DNA from: Candidatus Eiseniibacteriota bacterium | GTDB lineage: Bacteria > Eisenbacteria > RBG-16-71-46 | Direction of reading: 5' to 3' | Length of the DNA: 64,000 bases | Assembly: GCA_963744995.1 (NCBI GenBank) | Contig: CAVUWA010000003.1 | Location: 155,752 to 219,751 of the forward strand | Shown: positions 23,636 through 34,556 of the stretch, one piece after another | How the letters are laid out: each line of letters begins with the position of its first letter | Position numbering within the stretch: position 1 is the first letter of the stretch | Made by a program: the position numbers and the translations under genes | The notes under the pieces: model-generated | The model's database searches: none | The model's input: only the letters and a program-made list of their open reading frames with translations | What the model was told of the DNA's origin: nothing

Positions 23636-26141
23636 CTAGCTCAGCCCGAAGCGCCGCATCTTGTTGATAAACGTGGTGCGGGGGATGCCAAGCGAGCGAG
23701 CCGCCTCGGTTCGGGAGCCGCGCGCCTGCATGAGCGCATCGCGAATCCGCTGGCGTTCCGCGTGCTCCATCTCCTCGAGCAGATTCGAGGGTGCCTGCGA
23801 GCCTTCGTCGAGGTGCAACAGAGACTCGTCGACCTCCTTGCCGGGCGTCGCCAGCAACACGGCACGCTTGATCGCGGACTTGAGCTGCCGGATGTTCCCC
23901 GGCCAGGAATGCGCACGCAGACGCTTCCAGGCCGCCGGGCTCAGGCGGACTTCGCGATTTTCCTCCGCGCAAACGACATCGAGGAAGTACTCGATCAGCA
24001 GTTCGACATCTTCCCCGCGGCGCCGCAGGGGCGGCAGGGTGACGACCGCGTGGGCCAGTCGGTAGTAGAGATCGGGCCGGAATCCGTCACCGCTCTCCAG
24101 GGCGTGTCGTTCGCGATTGGTCGCCGCGACGATACGTGTGTCGACCTTGACGTTGCGCGTCGACCCGACCCTTCTCGATTCACCCGTCTCCAGGAAGCGC
24201 AGGAGACGAGACTGGGACTCGAGCGACATTTCGGCGATCTCGTCCAGGAAGATCGTCCCGTTGTCGCAGACCTCCACGAGCCCCGCCTTGTCGCGAGCCG
24301 CACCCGTGAAAGAGCCCGCCGTGTGACCGAAAAGCTCGCTCTCGATGATGTCGCGCGGCAACGCCCCGCAGTTGACCGGGACGAATGTGCCTTTGCGCTC
24401 CGAAAGCCGGTGGATGCCGGCTGCAACCAGCTCCTTCCCCGTTCCCGATTCGCCGAGCACGAGGATGGGGGTGTTGCTCGCTGCGAGCTTGGCGACGTCC
24501 TCCAGAAGCTGGAGCATCGTCTTGCTGCGCGTGATGAGGCCGAACGACTCGCGCGCCCAGTCCGAGCGGCGATCCAACTCCGCGGAGCCCGGCGGGCGCC
24601 GGCGCGCGTGACGCGGGCGTCCCGCATTTCGAGCCGTCTTCAGCGCCTGATCGGATTCCTTCATCGCCGACATCAGGTCGGCGATGCGTCGATTGGCCTC
24701 GGCGAGACGCGCCTGCGCTCCCATCCGCTCGAAGTGATCGCGCGCCGCGTGGAACGCTTCCAGTGCGCCGCGACGGTCAGCGTAGTTGCCCGCGTGCGGC
24801 CCGCTCAGCCAGTCGCCGTAGGCCAGCCACAGCTTGCCCCACTCGTAGGGCGTCTCGATGTCGTCGTAGTACGCGAAGCCCTGATCGAACCACTTGCGGG
24901 CTTCGTCATGGCGTTCGAGCGCTGCCGCCGACAATGCGAGCACGCGATAGGTGGCCGCTTCTTCGTAGCGGTCCCCCAGTTCGCGACAGTGCTCCAGCCC
25001 ACCGAGGGCTTCTTCGTGGGCTTTCGCGAATGCCCCCTGCAGGTAGAAGACTTCCGCTCTGCGTCGCCGCAATTCGGCGACGATGTCTCCCTTGGGAACC
25101 AGCGCCAGAGCCTTGGGCCACACCTCGTCGTAGTAGCGAAGCGCCTGATCCGCCTGTCCCTGCTCGAGGTGGACATCGCCGAGGAATTCGGTAGTAAGGA
25201 GGGAGGGGCGGGACTCGTGCGATCTGGGACTCCAGCCAAGGAACTTCCGTAATATGTGCTCTCGCCCCTTCGAAAAGGTCCCCCGTATGGAGTAGGATCA
25301 ATGCCTTGAAGAGACCGAGGTACCACTCCATGAAGTCCCGTCGCCAGTTCTCGTTGAGTCATCGGATGCACATGCCTCACCAAGCCCAAAGATTGGTCGA
25401 GCCGTCCGCAGCTTCCAGCACGGAGATGCCAACCCTCGCGGGATGCATTGTTTACGTAGATGCGTTACCACGCCTGCTCTAGAAGTCCTATGGCTTCTGC
25501 TGCGGCCTCTATGGCAGCGCCCATCTACACATGGCCCTCTCGATTCGCCCTAGGTGTCTAGAGCAAAGCCTTCACACGTTGCCACCGCATCGCGCTGCAG
25601 AGACGAGAGCCTCGTATAGGTATCCCCGGATGCCGATGTCAGGTTGCCATTGTACAACTCGGCCGAACAGAGATGCAGACTGCAGCCGCAGGAGAGGCAT
25701 CCGAGTCGGCGCCACAAGCAACTCTGAACGAATGGCCGAAAGTCGGTCGCATGCGTCTGTCACACAAGATTCAAGAGTGTTAGCGTCCCTGCCTCTTGAA
25801 TATCTCAAGGAGAGACGTAGCTCCGGTCGTGGATCTGCAGTTCGGTCTTGAACGATGCGAGGAGTTGTGAAAGAGGGCAAGTGACTTTTCAAGTCGCCTG
25901 TGCAGCTCAGAGGACGTACCTTGCCCAGACTAGCCGAAGCTTGCAAGCTCGTCGGCCGCACTTGCCACTTGCGCGAAGAGCGATCAGCCGTTCAAGGCCC
26001 AAAGCTCGGAACTCGCCAACGTCGAACAAGTCGGTGGAGCAACCTGACAGCCTCCTCCGCGAGGCTCTGTTCTGTATCGCTTGTTGTACCTGCGTCGATC
26101 AGAATGGTCAACGCGTCTGCACGTGCCAAGACTTCGATCAT
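23636..26141 (-). pseudogene. TPR-like sigma54-dependent Fis-family activator (bEBP); N-terminal third frameshifted in this sequence
   Basis: Intact 3' part has GESGTGKE, ESELFGH..GSFTGA, FLDEI, FRPDLYYRL and a Fis HTH, preceded by TPR-like helices. The reading frame extends upstream through EFLGDVHLEQGQADQALRYY, then continues as fragments in shifting frames up to a probable ATG at 26141. Confidence 0.8.
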
Positions 26142-26148
26142 CGATCTC

Positions 26149-26409
26149 TTAACTGCCTGCGAGAGGCATTAGTGGCGGGCAGCCATCGTTTGCACGCGCA
26201 AGGGCACGGCGAAGGAGAATGAACTCAAGGGACTTTGGATGATGATTAGGAGCGCCGTACGGCCTATCCGGATCTCCAAACAAGTACCTCGGGTCATCTG
26301 GAATCTTGATCCCGCCCGGGGAAGCCGCCCCCTCGAGCGGCGTGATGGTCGTACTCAGGATGACGAGCAGAGCAGCCAGTGCGGCTGCCCTTCGGGGACA
26401 CTTCTTCAT
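26149..26409 (-). CDS. Small exported protein / candidate signalling pre-peptide (86 aa)
   Basis: MKKCPRR + hydrophobic core + EGAA cleavage-like site, then DDPRYLFGDPDRPYG; GGAG RBS; stop 7 bp from the activator start. Confidence 0.7.
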   Translation of the reverse strand: MKKCPRRAAALAALLVILSTTITPLEGAASPGGIKIPDDPRYLFGDPDRPYGAPNHHPKSLEFILLRRALARANDGCPPLMPLAGS

Positions 26410-26559
26410 CGTCCTGCTCCCTTCGGAGTTCCGTCTCCGAGGCCATCCCGCCGCGAGCAGGCGGGGGGCGCAAAAGACATGACCCCGCCGGGGCACCCAT
26501 GAGGAGCCCCCGCGGGGTCGATTGAGATTTCCCGGGCAGGAAGAGGGGAAGCGACCATC

Positions 26560-26575
26560 AGCGCCAACCTTGCCA
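26560..26575 (-). promoter_or_regulatory. Candidate sigma54 -24/-12 promoter for the peptide-activator operon
   Basis: TGGCAAGGTTGGCGCT has correct GG-N10-GC spacing but lacks the TT before GC. Confidence 0.35.
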
Positions 26576-26686
26576 GAGAGAACCCGCAACGAACGCGGAA
26601 AGAATAAGCTCCCGTTGCGGATGGGTCAACGCCGGAGTCGCGCTGAAACTCCAGAGATTCCGGGTGAAATCAGGGTCTGCGGCCCT

Positions 26687-27802
26687 CTACCGCCTCTCCC
26701 CGCGCCAGGTCCCGTTGCCGTGCCTTCCCCTCCTACCCACGATCTTCAACTCCAGCAGATCCTGCACGCCGATGCCCCGCCCGTACCGCTTCTGCGCCTC
26801 CCGGATGAACTCCGGCGTCACCCCGTGAATCCGCATGGCCACCAGGTCATCGAGGTCCACGTGGTGGTAGCCGAGGCCTTCTGCCTCGCGAATGAACTCG
26901 GGCGTCACCCCGTGGATGCGCATCGCCACGGCGTCGTCCAGTGACGGATGATCGTAGCCGAGCCCTTCCACTTCGCGAATGAACTCCGGGCTCGCCCCGT
27001 GAATCCGGCATGCCAGCAGGTCGTCGGCGCTCACGTTGCGATACCCGAGCGCTGCCATCTGCTGCCGCAGCTCCGGTGTCACACCATGTATGCGCATCGC
27101 CACCAGGTCGTCGGCGTCCAGCACCTGGTCGCTTCGGGCGCGCGTCTCGCGCACGAACTGGGGCGTCACCCCGTGAATGCGCATGGCGACGAGTTCATCG
27201 GGGTCCAGGTCCTTCAATCCCAGCGCGCGCATCTCGCGAATCCAAGCCGCGCGCACGCCGTGAATCCGGAACGCCAGCACCTCGTCGGCTTGCAGGTGGT
27301 CGTAGCCCAATCGTGCCAGCTCGCGGATCTCGGCGAGGCTCACGTCGTGCACGAACATGGCGAACTGCATGTCGTCGTCCACTTCGCCGGTCACGTGCTC
27401 GCGCAGCGCATCGCGAAAGCCGGGGTCGGGCTCGAACCGGGCGGTGCCGGTCCCCTGGCCGTCGCCCACGCGCCCTTCGAAGCGCATCGTGCCGGCATCG
27501 CGCGTCTGGCTGAACGTCATGTCCCGGCGCGGGCCTTCGAAGTCGCGCCGCGTAATGCCCCTGAACGCGGACAGGTCCTCGGTGTGCTCGGATCGCCAGT
27601 GGCGCGTGGGGCTCTCCTGCGTGAGCCGCATCTCGACGCGGCCGTCGCGTCGCAACTCGGCGCTCCAGTGCCACGGCCCGCTGGCCCGCGATCGCGCCGG
27701 CGCGGCGCTCGCCAGCAGCGCCAGCACCACGCCGATCATGCCTGCGGCGGCGAATCGTGCCGCCCACCGGGTTCCGCTCGTGCTTCGCTTCGAGTTCGAC
27801 AT
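26687..27802 (-). CDS. Secreted protein with about 7-8 tandem 29-aa repeats
   Basis: Signal peptide; repeated DDLVAMRIHGVTPEFIRE units. Confidence 0.85.
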   Translation of the reverse strand: MSNSKRSTSGTRWAARFAAAGMIGVVLALLASAAPARSRASGPWHWSAELRRDGRVEMRLTQESPTRHWRSEHTEDLSAFRGITRRDFEGPRRDMTFSQTRDAGTMRFEGRVGDGQGTGTARFEPDPGFRDALREHVTGEVDDDMQFAMFVHDVSLAEIRELARLGYDHLQADEVLAFRIHGVRAAWIREMRALGLKDLDPDELVAMRIHGVTPQFVRETRARSDQVLDADDLVAMRIHGVTPELRQQMAALGYRNVSADDLLACRIHGASPEFIREVEGLGYDHPSLDDAVAMRIHGVTPEFIREAEGLGYHHVDLDDLVAMRIHGVTPEFIREAQKRYGRGIGVQDLLELKIVGRRGRHGNGTWRGERR

Positions 27803-27843
27803 GCGCGCTCCTCCCCTTCCCCGGTGGGTCTTCGAACGGTGAA

Positions 27844-27870
27844 GGGCTCCCCGGTCAGGCCGGGGAGCCC
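27844..27870. terminator. Perfect 11-bp stem-loop between the M56 gene and the repeat-protein gene
   Basis: GGGCTCCCCGG-tcagg-CCGGGGAGCCC. Confidence 0.5.
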
Positions 27871-27902
27871 CTCGTGATGGCGACCGATGCGGCGGCCCGC
27901 CG

Positions 27903-30900
27903 CTACTTCTTGTCCTTCGCCTTCTGCTCGCAGTCGCTGGTCTCCCGCCGCGTGAACTCGATCACCGTGTCCGCCGACGGGTCCTCGCCGTTGCGCTGCG
28001 CCCGCTCGATCTGCGCCGCCGAGATCCCGCTGTGGAACCGACGCACGACCTCTTCGGGTTCGAGATCCGCGCCGCCCGCCTTGACCAGCACGGCCAGCCA
28101 CGAAGTGCGCACCCCGCCGCGGTGGAGCATCGCGATGGCCTCCGGAGAACGGTCGGCATAACCGGTCGCCACCACCGCCGACACGTAGGCGCTCGGCACG
28201 GCCGCCCGATGCAGCGCTACGATGTCGTCCACCCCGAACTTCACGCCCTGCAGGCGCGCCATGTTGGCGGCATAGACCACGTTGACAGCGTTCTGATGCA
28301 GCGCCATCAGCTCGTCCGCGCCGAGCGGCCGGCCAAACGCCGAGGTCATCTGCGCGACCCAGTCCAGCGTCACGCCGGCGCGCGCCAGCTCGACCATCTC
28401 GTCCTCGCTCAGGTCGCGATAGCCCAGCACGTTCAGTGCCGCGACGACGTCGGGCGTCACGCCGCTGTCGTGCAGCTCGATCAGCTGGTCGAGCGAAAGG
28501 TCGTGACCTCTCAAGCGGCGCATCTGCGCCACATCACCCAGCGAGATCCCGTGAGACCTCAGCTCGACCAGACTCTGTTCGTCGGCCCCGATGCCGAGCC
28601 GCTGCAGCGCGTCGATCTGCTCGGGGGTCACGTTGCGCCGCCGCAGGTCGGCCAGCTCGTCGAGCTCGACCGTGCGCCCCATGCGCTCCGCGATGGCCCG
28701 CGCGTATGCCGAGCTGACCCCGCTCGTCCGTAGCTCCAGCAGCGTTTCGGCGTCCAGCGGCTCGTCCGTCACGCGGGCCAGCGTGCGGGCTTCGTCGGGG
28801 GTGACGCCGTGGAGCTTCAGCTCGATCAGCTCTTCGGCGTCCGGCGCGTCCTGCACGGCCTCGCGCATCGCGCGCACGTAATCGGGCGTCACGCTCTGCA
28901 CCTTGAGCGCGATCAGTTCCTCGGCCTCCGGTTCGTCGCCCAGGGCGTCACGCATCGCGCGCGCGTAATCGGGCGCGACGCCCATGAGCTTCAGCCCGAG
29001 CAGGTCTTCGGCCCCCGGCGTGTCGCCGAGCGCCTCGCTGATCGCGGCGACGTAGTCGGCGCTCACGCCCTGCGCGAACAGGACGTCCAGGTGTTCATCG
29101 TCCAGGTCGTCGACGCCGGCCGCGGCCAGCGCTTCGCGGAACTCGGCGATGCGGCGCGCGTTCGGCGCCGCCGGCGCCATCGTCACGCTGTAGGCGTACG
29201 CGGTCGCATTCGCGGTGCGCGCGACGGCCTCGGCCCGCTTGCGCTGCGCGACGACCCGGGTGAGGTCCTTGCGCATCACCTGCCGCACGGTGCGCTCGAC
29301 CTGTCGTTGCGTGTTCTGCACGGACTCGGCCAGGTGCGCCAGCGAAGGCACGGGCGCCACGGTCCAGCGGCCGCCGGGCGTGGCGGCCGGCGCGGGTCGC
29401 GGCGCGGCGGGCGCGCAGGTCTCCTGCGTCGCGCACCCGGGCGCCGGTGGGCAGGGCGCGGCCTCCGGCGCCGCCGCGGCGCCGATGTGCCCGTGCAGCC
29501 CGCCGCCCGGCAGCGGAGCCAGGTGCAGGTGCTCGCGCGGCGGCACGGGCGCGGCGTCGCAGCAGGGCGCCTCGGGCGCGGGCGTGGCCGGCACCGCCGG
29601 CGCCGCCGGTGCAGCGAACGGCGCGGCCGGAGGCGGCATGACCTCGCCGGGGGCCGGCGTGGCCCGCGGCGCGGGCGCCGGCACGGCGTCCGGCGCGGCC
29701 GGAGCCGCCGGCGCGGGCGGCGCGGGCGGCGCGGGCGGCGCGCCGGTGAAGGAGGCCACCACCGAGAAGAATCCGTCTTCGCTTGCGCTCCGGGCGTGCT
29801 GGCTGCGGGCCGCGGGCGCGAGACCCAGCACCACGAACAGGATCGAGCCGAGCAGCAGGAGGCAGGCGCCGCAGCGGGAGACCAGCGACGCGCGCGGCGC
29901 GGGATCCAGCAGGCGGCGGATCCGGTTCAGGAGCGAGCCACCGTTCGCAGCGAGCGCCAGCCGCGGCGCAGCGAGTCGCAGGTGCTCGAGGTCGCAGAGC
30001 GCGCGCGCGTAGGCCACGCGGTCGCCGCACGCCCGCACGGCGAGGTCGTCGCACGCGTTCTCGCGTTCTTCGCGGACGCAATGCGACACCCACCACACGG
30101 CCGGGTGATAGAAGAGGATGGTTTCGACCACGGTCTGCAGCAGGTTGATCAGGTAGTCGTGACGGCGGATGTGGGCCAGCTCATGCGCGACCAGCGCCTC
30201 GACCTGCGCCGGGGTGAGCCCGGCCATCGCCCCCACCGGTACCAGGATCACCGGCCGCAGCCAGCCGATGACGGTCGGCACTTCGACCAGCGCCGAGCGG
30301 AACGCCCGCACCGGCCGTGACACGCGCATGCGCGCCGTCAGGCGCTCGAGCGTCTCGTGCAGGCGGTCACCGGGAATGTCGATCACCGTGCGGCGGATGC
30401 GCCGGGTGATCACCCAGCCGCCCGCGAGCCGCAGCGTGAGCAGCATGACGCCGAGTCCCCACAGCGCGACGAACCACGGCAGCCAGATCGGCGCGTTGCG
30501 GTCGAGCGTGCGCTCGAGGGCAGCGGTACCCATGCGCAGCGCGGTCCGGGCGAGGGTCTGCACCGCCAGCCACAGCGAATGCAGCGCGGCCGGCGGGGGC
30601 GCAGGGCGAGCCTCGAACGCAAACGTATCGGGATCGTTCCCGGCGCGGACGACCTCCCACGAGAGATCCGTTGGGGTCCCGGTGGCGACGTCGGTCGCGG
30701 CCATGGACTCGATCGCCGGGTCCCCGGCCATCGCGGGCTCGCCGGCATCGCCGCTCCAGGCGAATACCTGCGGAACCTGAACGGCGGCCGACCCCGCCAC
30801 CAGGGCCGCCGGGGCGGACTCGATCGCCGGCGCTTTCGGCGCGAAGTCCGAGGAGAGCCTCACGAACGTCGCGGCGGGCAGCGCGACCATCGCGAGCAGG

Positions 30901-31064
30901 GCCGCGGTGGCGAGCAGATAGCGCGGGCCCGACGCGCCGCGGTCGAACGCGCGGCTCGCGATCGCCAGCAGCACTGCGACGAGCGTTCCCTGCCAGAGAA
31001 AGTGCAGCAGCGTCCAGCCCAGTGCCAGCACGACGTGATCCGGAACGACCGTCCAGGGATTCAT
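27903..31064 (-). CDS. BlaR1-like M56 metallopeptidase with Pro/Ala linker and about 13 C-terminal 29-aa repeats
   Basis: LGWTLLHFLWQG, HELAHIRRHD (HExxH), FYHPAVWW, ERENACD; repeats such as LKLHGVTPDE. Confidence 0.93.
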   Translation of the reverse strand: MNPWTVVPDHVVLALGWTLLHFLWQGTLVAVLLAIASRAFDRGASGPRYLLATAALLAMVALPAATFVRLSSDFAPKAPAIESAPAALVAGSAAVQVPQVFAWSGDAGEPAMAGDPAIESMAATDVATGTPTDLSWEVVRAGNDPDTFAFEARPAPPPAALHSLWLAVQTLARTALRMGTAALERTLDRNAPIWLPWFVALWGLGVMLLTLRLAGGWVITRRIRRTVIDIPGDRLHETLERLTARMRVSRPVRAFRSALVEVPTVIGWLRPVILVPVGAMAGLTPAQVEALVAHELAHIRRHDYLINLLQTVVETILFYHPAVWWVSHCVREERENACDDLAVRACGDRVAYARALCDLEHLRLAAPRLALAANGGSLLNRIRRLLDPAPRASLVSRCGACLLLLGSILFVVLGLAPAARSQHARSASEDGFFSVVASFTGAPPAPPAPPAPAAPAAPDAVPAPAPRATPAPGEVMPPPAAPFAAPAAPAVPATPAPEAPCCDAAPVPPREHLHLAPLPGGGLHGHIGAAAAPEAAPCPPAPGCATQETCAPAAPRPAPAATPGGRWTVAPVPSLAHLAESVQNTQRQVERTVRQVMRKDLTRVVAQRKRAEAVARTANATAYAYSVTMAPAAPNARRIAEFREALAAAGVDDLDDEHLDVLFAQGVSADYVAAISEALGDTPGAEDLLGLKLMGVAPDYARAMRDALGDEPEAEELIALKVQSVTPDYVRAMREAVQDAPDAEELIELKLHGVTPDEARTLARVTDEPLDAETLLELRTSGVSSAYARAIAERMGRTVELDELADLRRRNVTPEQIDALQRLGIGADEQSLVELRSHGISLGDVAQMRRLRGHDLSLDQLIELHDSGVTPDVVAALNVLGYRDLSEDEMVELARAGVTLDWVAQMTSAFGRPLGADELMALHQNAVNVVYAANMARLQGVKFGVDDIVALHRAAVPSAYVSAVVATGYADRSPEAIAMLHRGGVRTSWLAVLVKAGGADLEPEEVVRRFHSGISAAQIERAQRNGEDPSADTVIEFTRRETSDCEQKAKDKK

Positions 31065-31450
31065 CGGCGCCCCTCCTCCATCTCGTCCAGCATCCGCCGG
31101 ATGATCGCGATCTCTTCGCTCGAGGCGTGGCCCGACGCCAGCGCCTGCATCACGAGCTGGCTGGCGGAGCCGTCGAACACCCGATCGAGCAGATCGTCGA
31201 GCAGCTGACGCTGGGTCTGCCCCTGCGCGAGCGCCGCCGTGTAGACGTGCGTGCGCCGCGTGACGTCCCGCGTGACGAGTCCCTTGTCCGCCATGATCTG
31301 CAGCAGCTTGAGCACGGTGGTGTAGCCGGTGGGCCTGGACGCCGACAGTTCGTCGTGCACGTCGCGCACCGTCGAGGGCCCGCGCTGCCAGAGCACGCGC
31401 AGGATTTCGAGTTCACCGGGGGTCGGACGGGGCAGCGGCTTTGCGGTCAT
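31061..31450 (-). CDS. BlaI/MecI/CopY family repressor
   Basis: ELEILRVLWQRGPSTVRDV, YTTVLKLLQIMADKGLV, FDGSASQLV. Confidence 0.95.
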   Translation of the reverse strand: MTAKPLPRPTPGELEILRVLWQRGPSTVRDVHDELSASRPTGYTTVLKLLQIMADKGLVTRDVTRRTHVYTAALAQGQTQRQLLDDLLDRVFDGSASQLVMQALASGHASSEEIAIIRRMLDEMEEGRR

Positions 31451-31489
31451 GGGAAGAGCCTCCGTGTCGGGACGTGAGCGAAAGGTTCT

Positions 31490-31524
31490 ACGAAGGCATT
31501 CGTGCTGTCAACGAAAGATTTCGT
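31490..31524. promoter_or_regulatory. Tandem palindromic operators flanking a -35 box upstream of blaI-like gene
   Basis: ACGAA-N4-TTCGT at 31490-31503 and 31511-31524; TTGACA on the minus strand at 31506-31511. Confidence 0.75.
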
Positions 31525-31702
31525 AATGAAGTTGTAAACGGGCCCCGGCGCACAGGAAACGACGCCGGGCGCGGCGCCGGACGCGGCGCGGGTCGGGAGC
31601 GCCGTCCCGGCCCACGCCCGGCCCGGGCGCCGCCGGCATGTCCACGCCCCGGCCCGGGTGCACATGGCGGGGCCGCGGCCGGATGTGCGACATTGGCCGG
31701 TC

Positions 31703-32713
31703 ATGTCCGAGCGCCATTCCCCGTCCTCCGGCACCGCGCGGGACGGCGATCCTCACGACGATTCGCCGCTCGCCGAGCTCACCGAGCTGACCGAGACCAT
31801 CCGCGTGCGGCTGCTGCACGTCCTGGGGCTCGGCGGGGTGCCGCCGTGGGTGCTGGCACGGCGCGTCTCCGCCGCCGCGATGCGCAACGACTCGCTCGGC
31901 CAGGCCGCGAAGATCGCCTACTCGCTCCTGTTCGCGCTGTTCCCGTTCCTGATCTTCCTCACCACGCTGCCCGCGTTCCTGCCGATGCCGAACCTGCTCG
32001 ACATGTTCATGCGCGGCGCCGAGCGGGTGGTGCCGGACGAGTCGCTGCATTACGTCCAGCGCAACATCCAGGTGCTGCTCGGTCACGAGCGCAGCGGCCT
32101 GCTGCTGATCTCGTTCCTCATCACCCTGTGGGCGGCCTCGAACGCGATCATGGTGGTGATGGAGTCGCTGAACCGCGCCTACGGCATCCGCGAGCGGCGG
32201 CCGTACTGGAAGGTCGTGGGCACCTCCGCCGTGCTGTCCATCGGGCTCACGACGTTCACGCTGATGGCGGTCGTCCTCATGCTGCTCGGTTCGCAGATCG
32301 GCTCGCTGCTCGCCTATCAGGCCGGCTGGGGGCCGACGTTCCACACCGTCTGGGCGCTGCTGCGCTGGCCCGCGGTCGTGGTGATCCTGATGGTCGCGAT
32401 GGCGGCGATCTACTACTTCGGCCCGGATCTCAGGCAGGGCTGGCGCTGGATGACGCCCGGCGCGATCTTCGCCGTGGTGGGCTGGATCGGCGCCTCGCTC
32501 GGGTTCTCCTACTACGTGCGGCACTTCGGGCACTACGACCAGCTGCACGGCAGCTTCGCGGCGATCCTGATGCTGATGACCTGGATGTACCTGAGCGGCC
32601 TGTTCGTGATCCTCGGCGGCGAGATCAACGCGAAGATCGAGCACGGCTCGCCGCATGGGCGCGAGCCGGGGCATCGCCGCCGCGGCGAGCATTCGCCCGA
32701 CTCCCGCGATTGA
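31703..32713 (+). CDS. YihY/BrkB family membrane protein
   Basis: AAKIAYSLLFALFP, LNRAYG, PGAIFA, GSFAA..WMY..GGEINA. Confidence 0.92.
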   Translation: MSERHSPSSGTARDGDPHDDSPLAELTELTETIRVRLLHVLGLGGVPPWVLARRVSAAAMRNDSLGQAAKIAYSLLFALFPFLIFLTTLPAFLPMPNLLDMFMRGAERVVPDESLHYVQRNIQVLLGHERSGLLLISFLITLWAASNAIMVVMESLNRAYGIRERRPYWKVVGTSAVLSIGLTTFTLMAVVLMLLGSQIGSLLAYQAGWGPTFHTVWALLRWPAVVVILMVAMAAIYYFGPDLRQGWRWMTPGAIFAVVGWIGASLGFSYYVRHFGHYDQLHGSFAAILMLMTWMYLSGLFVILGGEINAKIEHGSPHGREPGHRRRGEHSPDSRD

Positions 32714-32837
32714 ACCGCCGCCGCCTGCGCATGGCGAAGCCCCGGCCGGGATTCCCGACCGGGGCTCGTGAATCTCGGCGCGTCCCCCTTGCGCGTGGCG
32801 GCCGCCGCTTCGCAAGCCGCGCCGAATGCGGTGGCTC

Positions 32838-34301
<1,464 letters not shown>

Positions 34302-34310
34302 CTTACGCAT

Positions 34311-34556
34311 ATGAAAAGAACGACCCTCGCCATCGAGCCATCCCTGTATGCGGATCTCAAGCGCCGTGCCGCGGAAGAAGGCCGCACGCTCACCGAGGTG
34401 GTCGAGCGCACGCTGCGTCTCGGGCTGCTCGCTCCCACGCATGCGCGCCGCGGCCGCATCGCGCTGCCCTCGTACGACCTGGGCCCCTGGCTCTCGAACC
34501 CGCGCGACCGGACCACGTTCGGCATCGCACCACGCCGCGCGGAGGAGACCGATTGA
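34311..34556 (+). CDS. vapB: VapB-like antitoxin (ribbon-helix-helix)
   Basis: MKRTTLAIEPSLYADLKRRAAEEGRTLTEVVE; stop overlaps the PIN gene start. Confidence 0.8.
   Translation: MKRTTLAIEPSLYADLKRRAAEEGRTLTEVVERTLRLGLLAPTHARRGRIALPSYDLGPWLSNPRDRTTFGIAPRRAEETD

Noticed and set aside
25190..26141. Diversity-generating retroelement or programmed frameshifting as the cause of the broken region
   Set aside because: No reverse transcriptase or template repeat in the window; the lesions are scattered indels, not A-specific substitutions or one slippery site.
26800..27270. 87-bp periodic DNA repeats resembling an array
   Set aside because: They are the coding 29-aa protein repeats; no CRISPR repeat-spacer structure and no cas genes.
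29560..29745. GGCGCGGGC tandem repeats
   Set aside because: They encode the Pro/Ala linker of the M56 protein.
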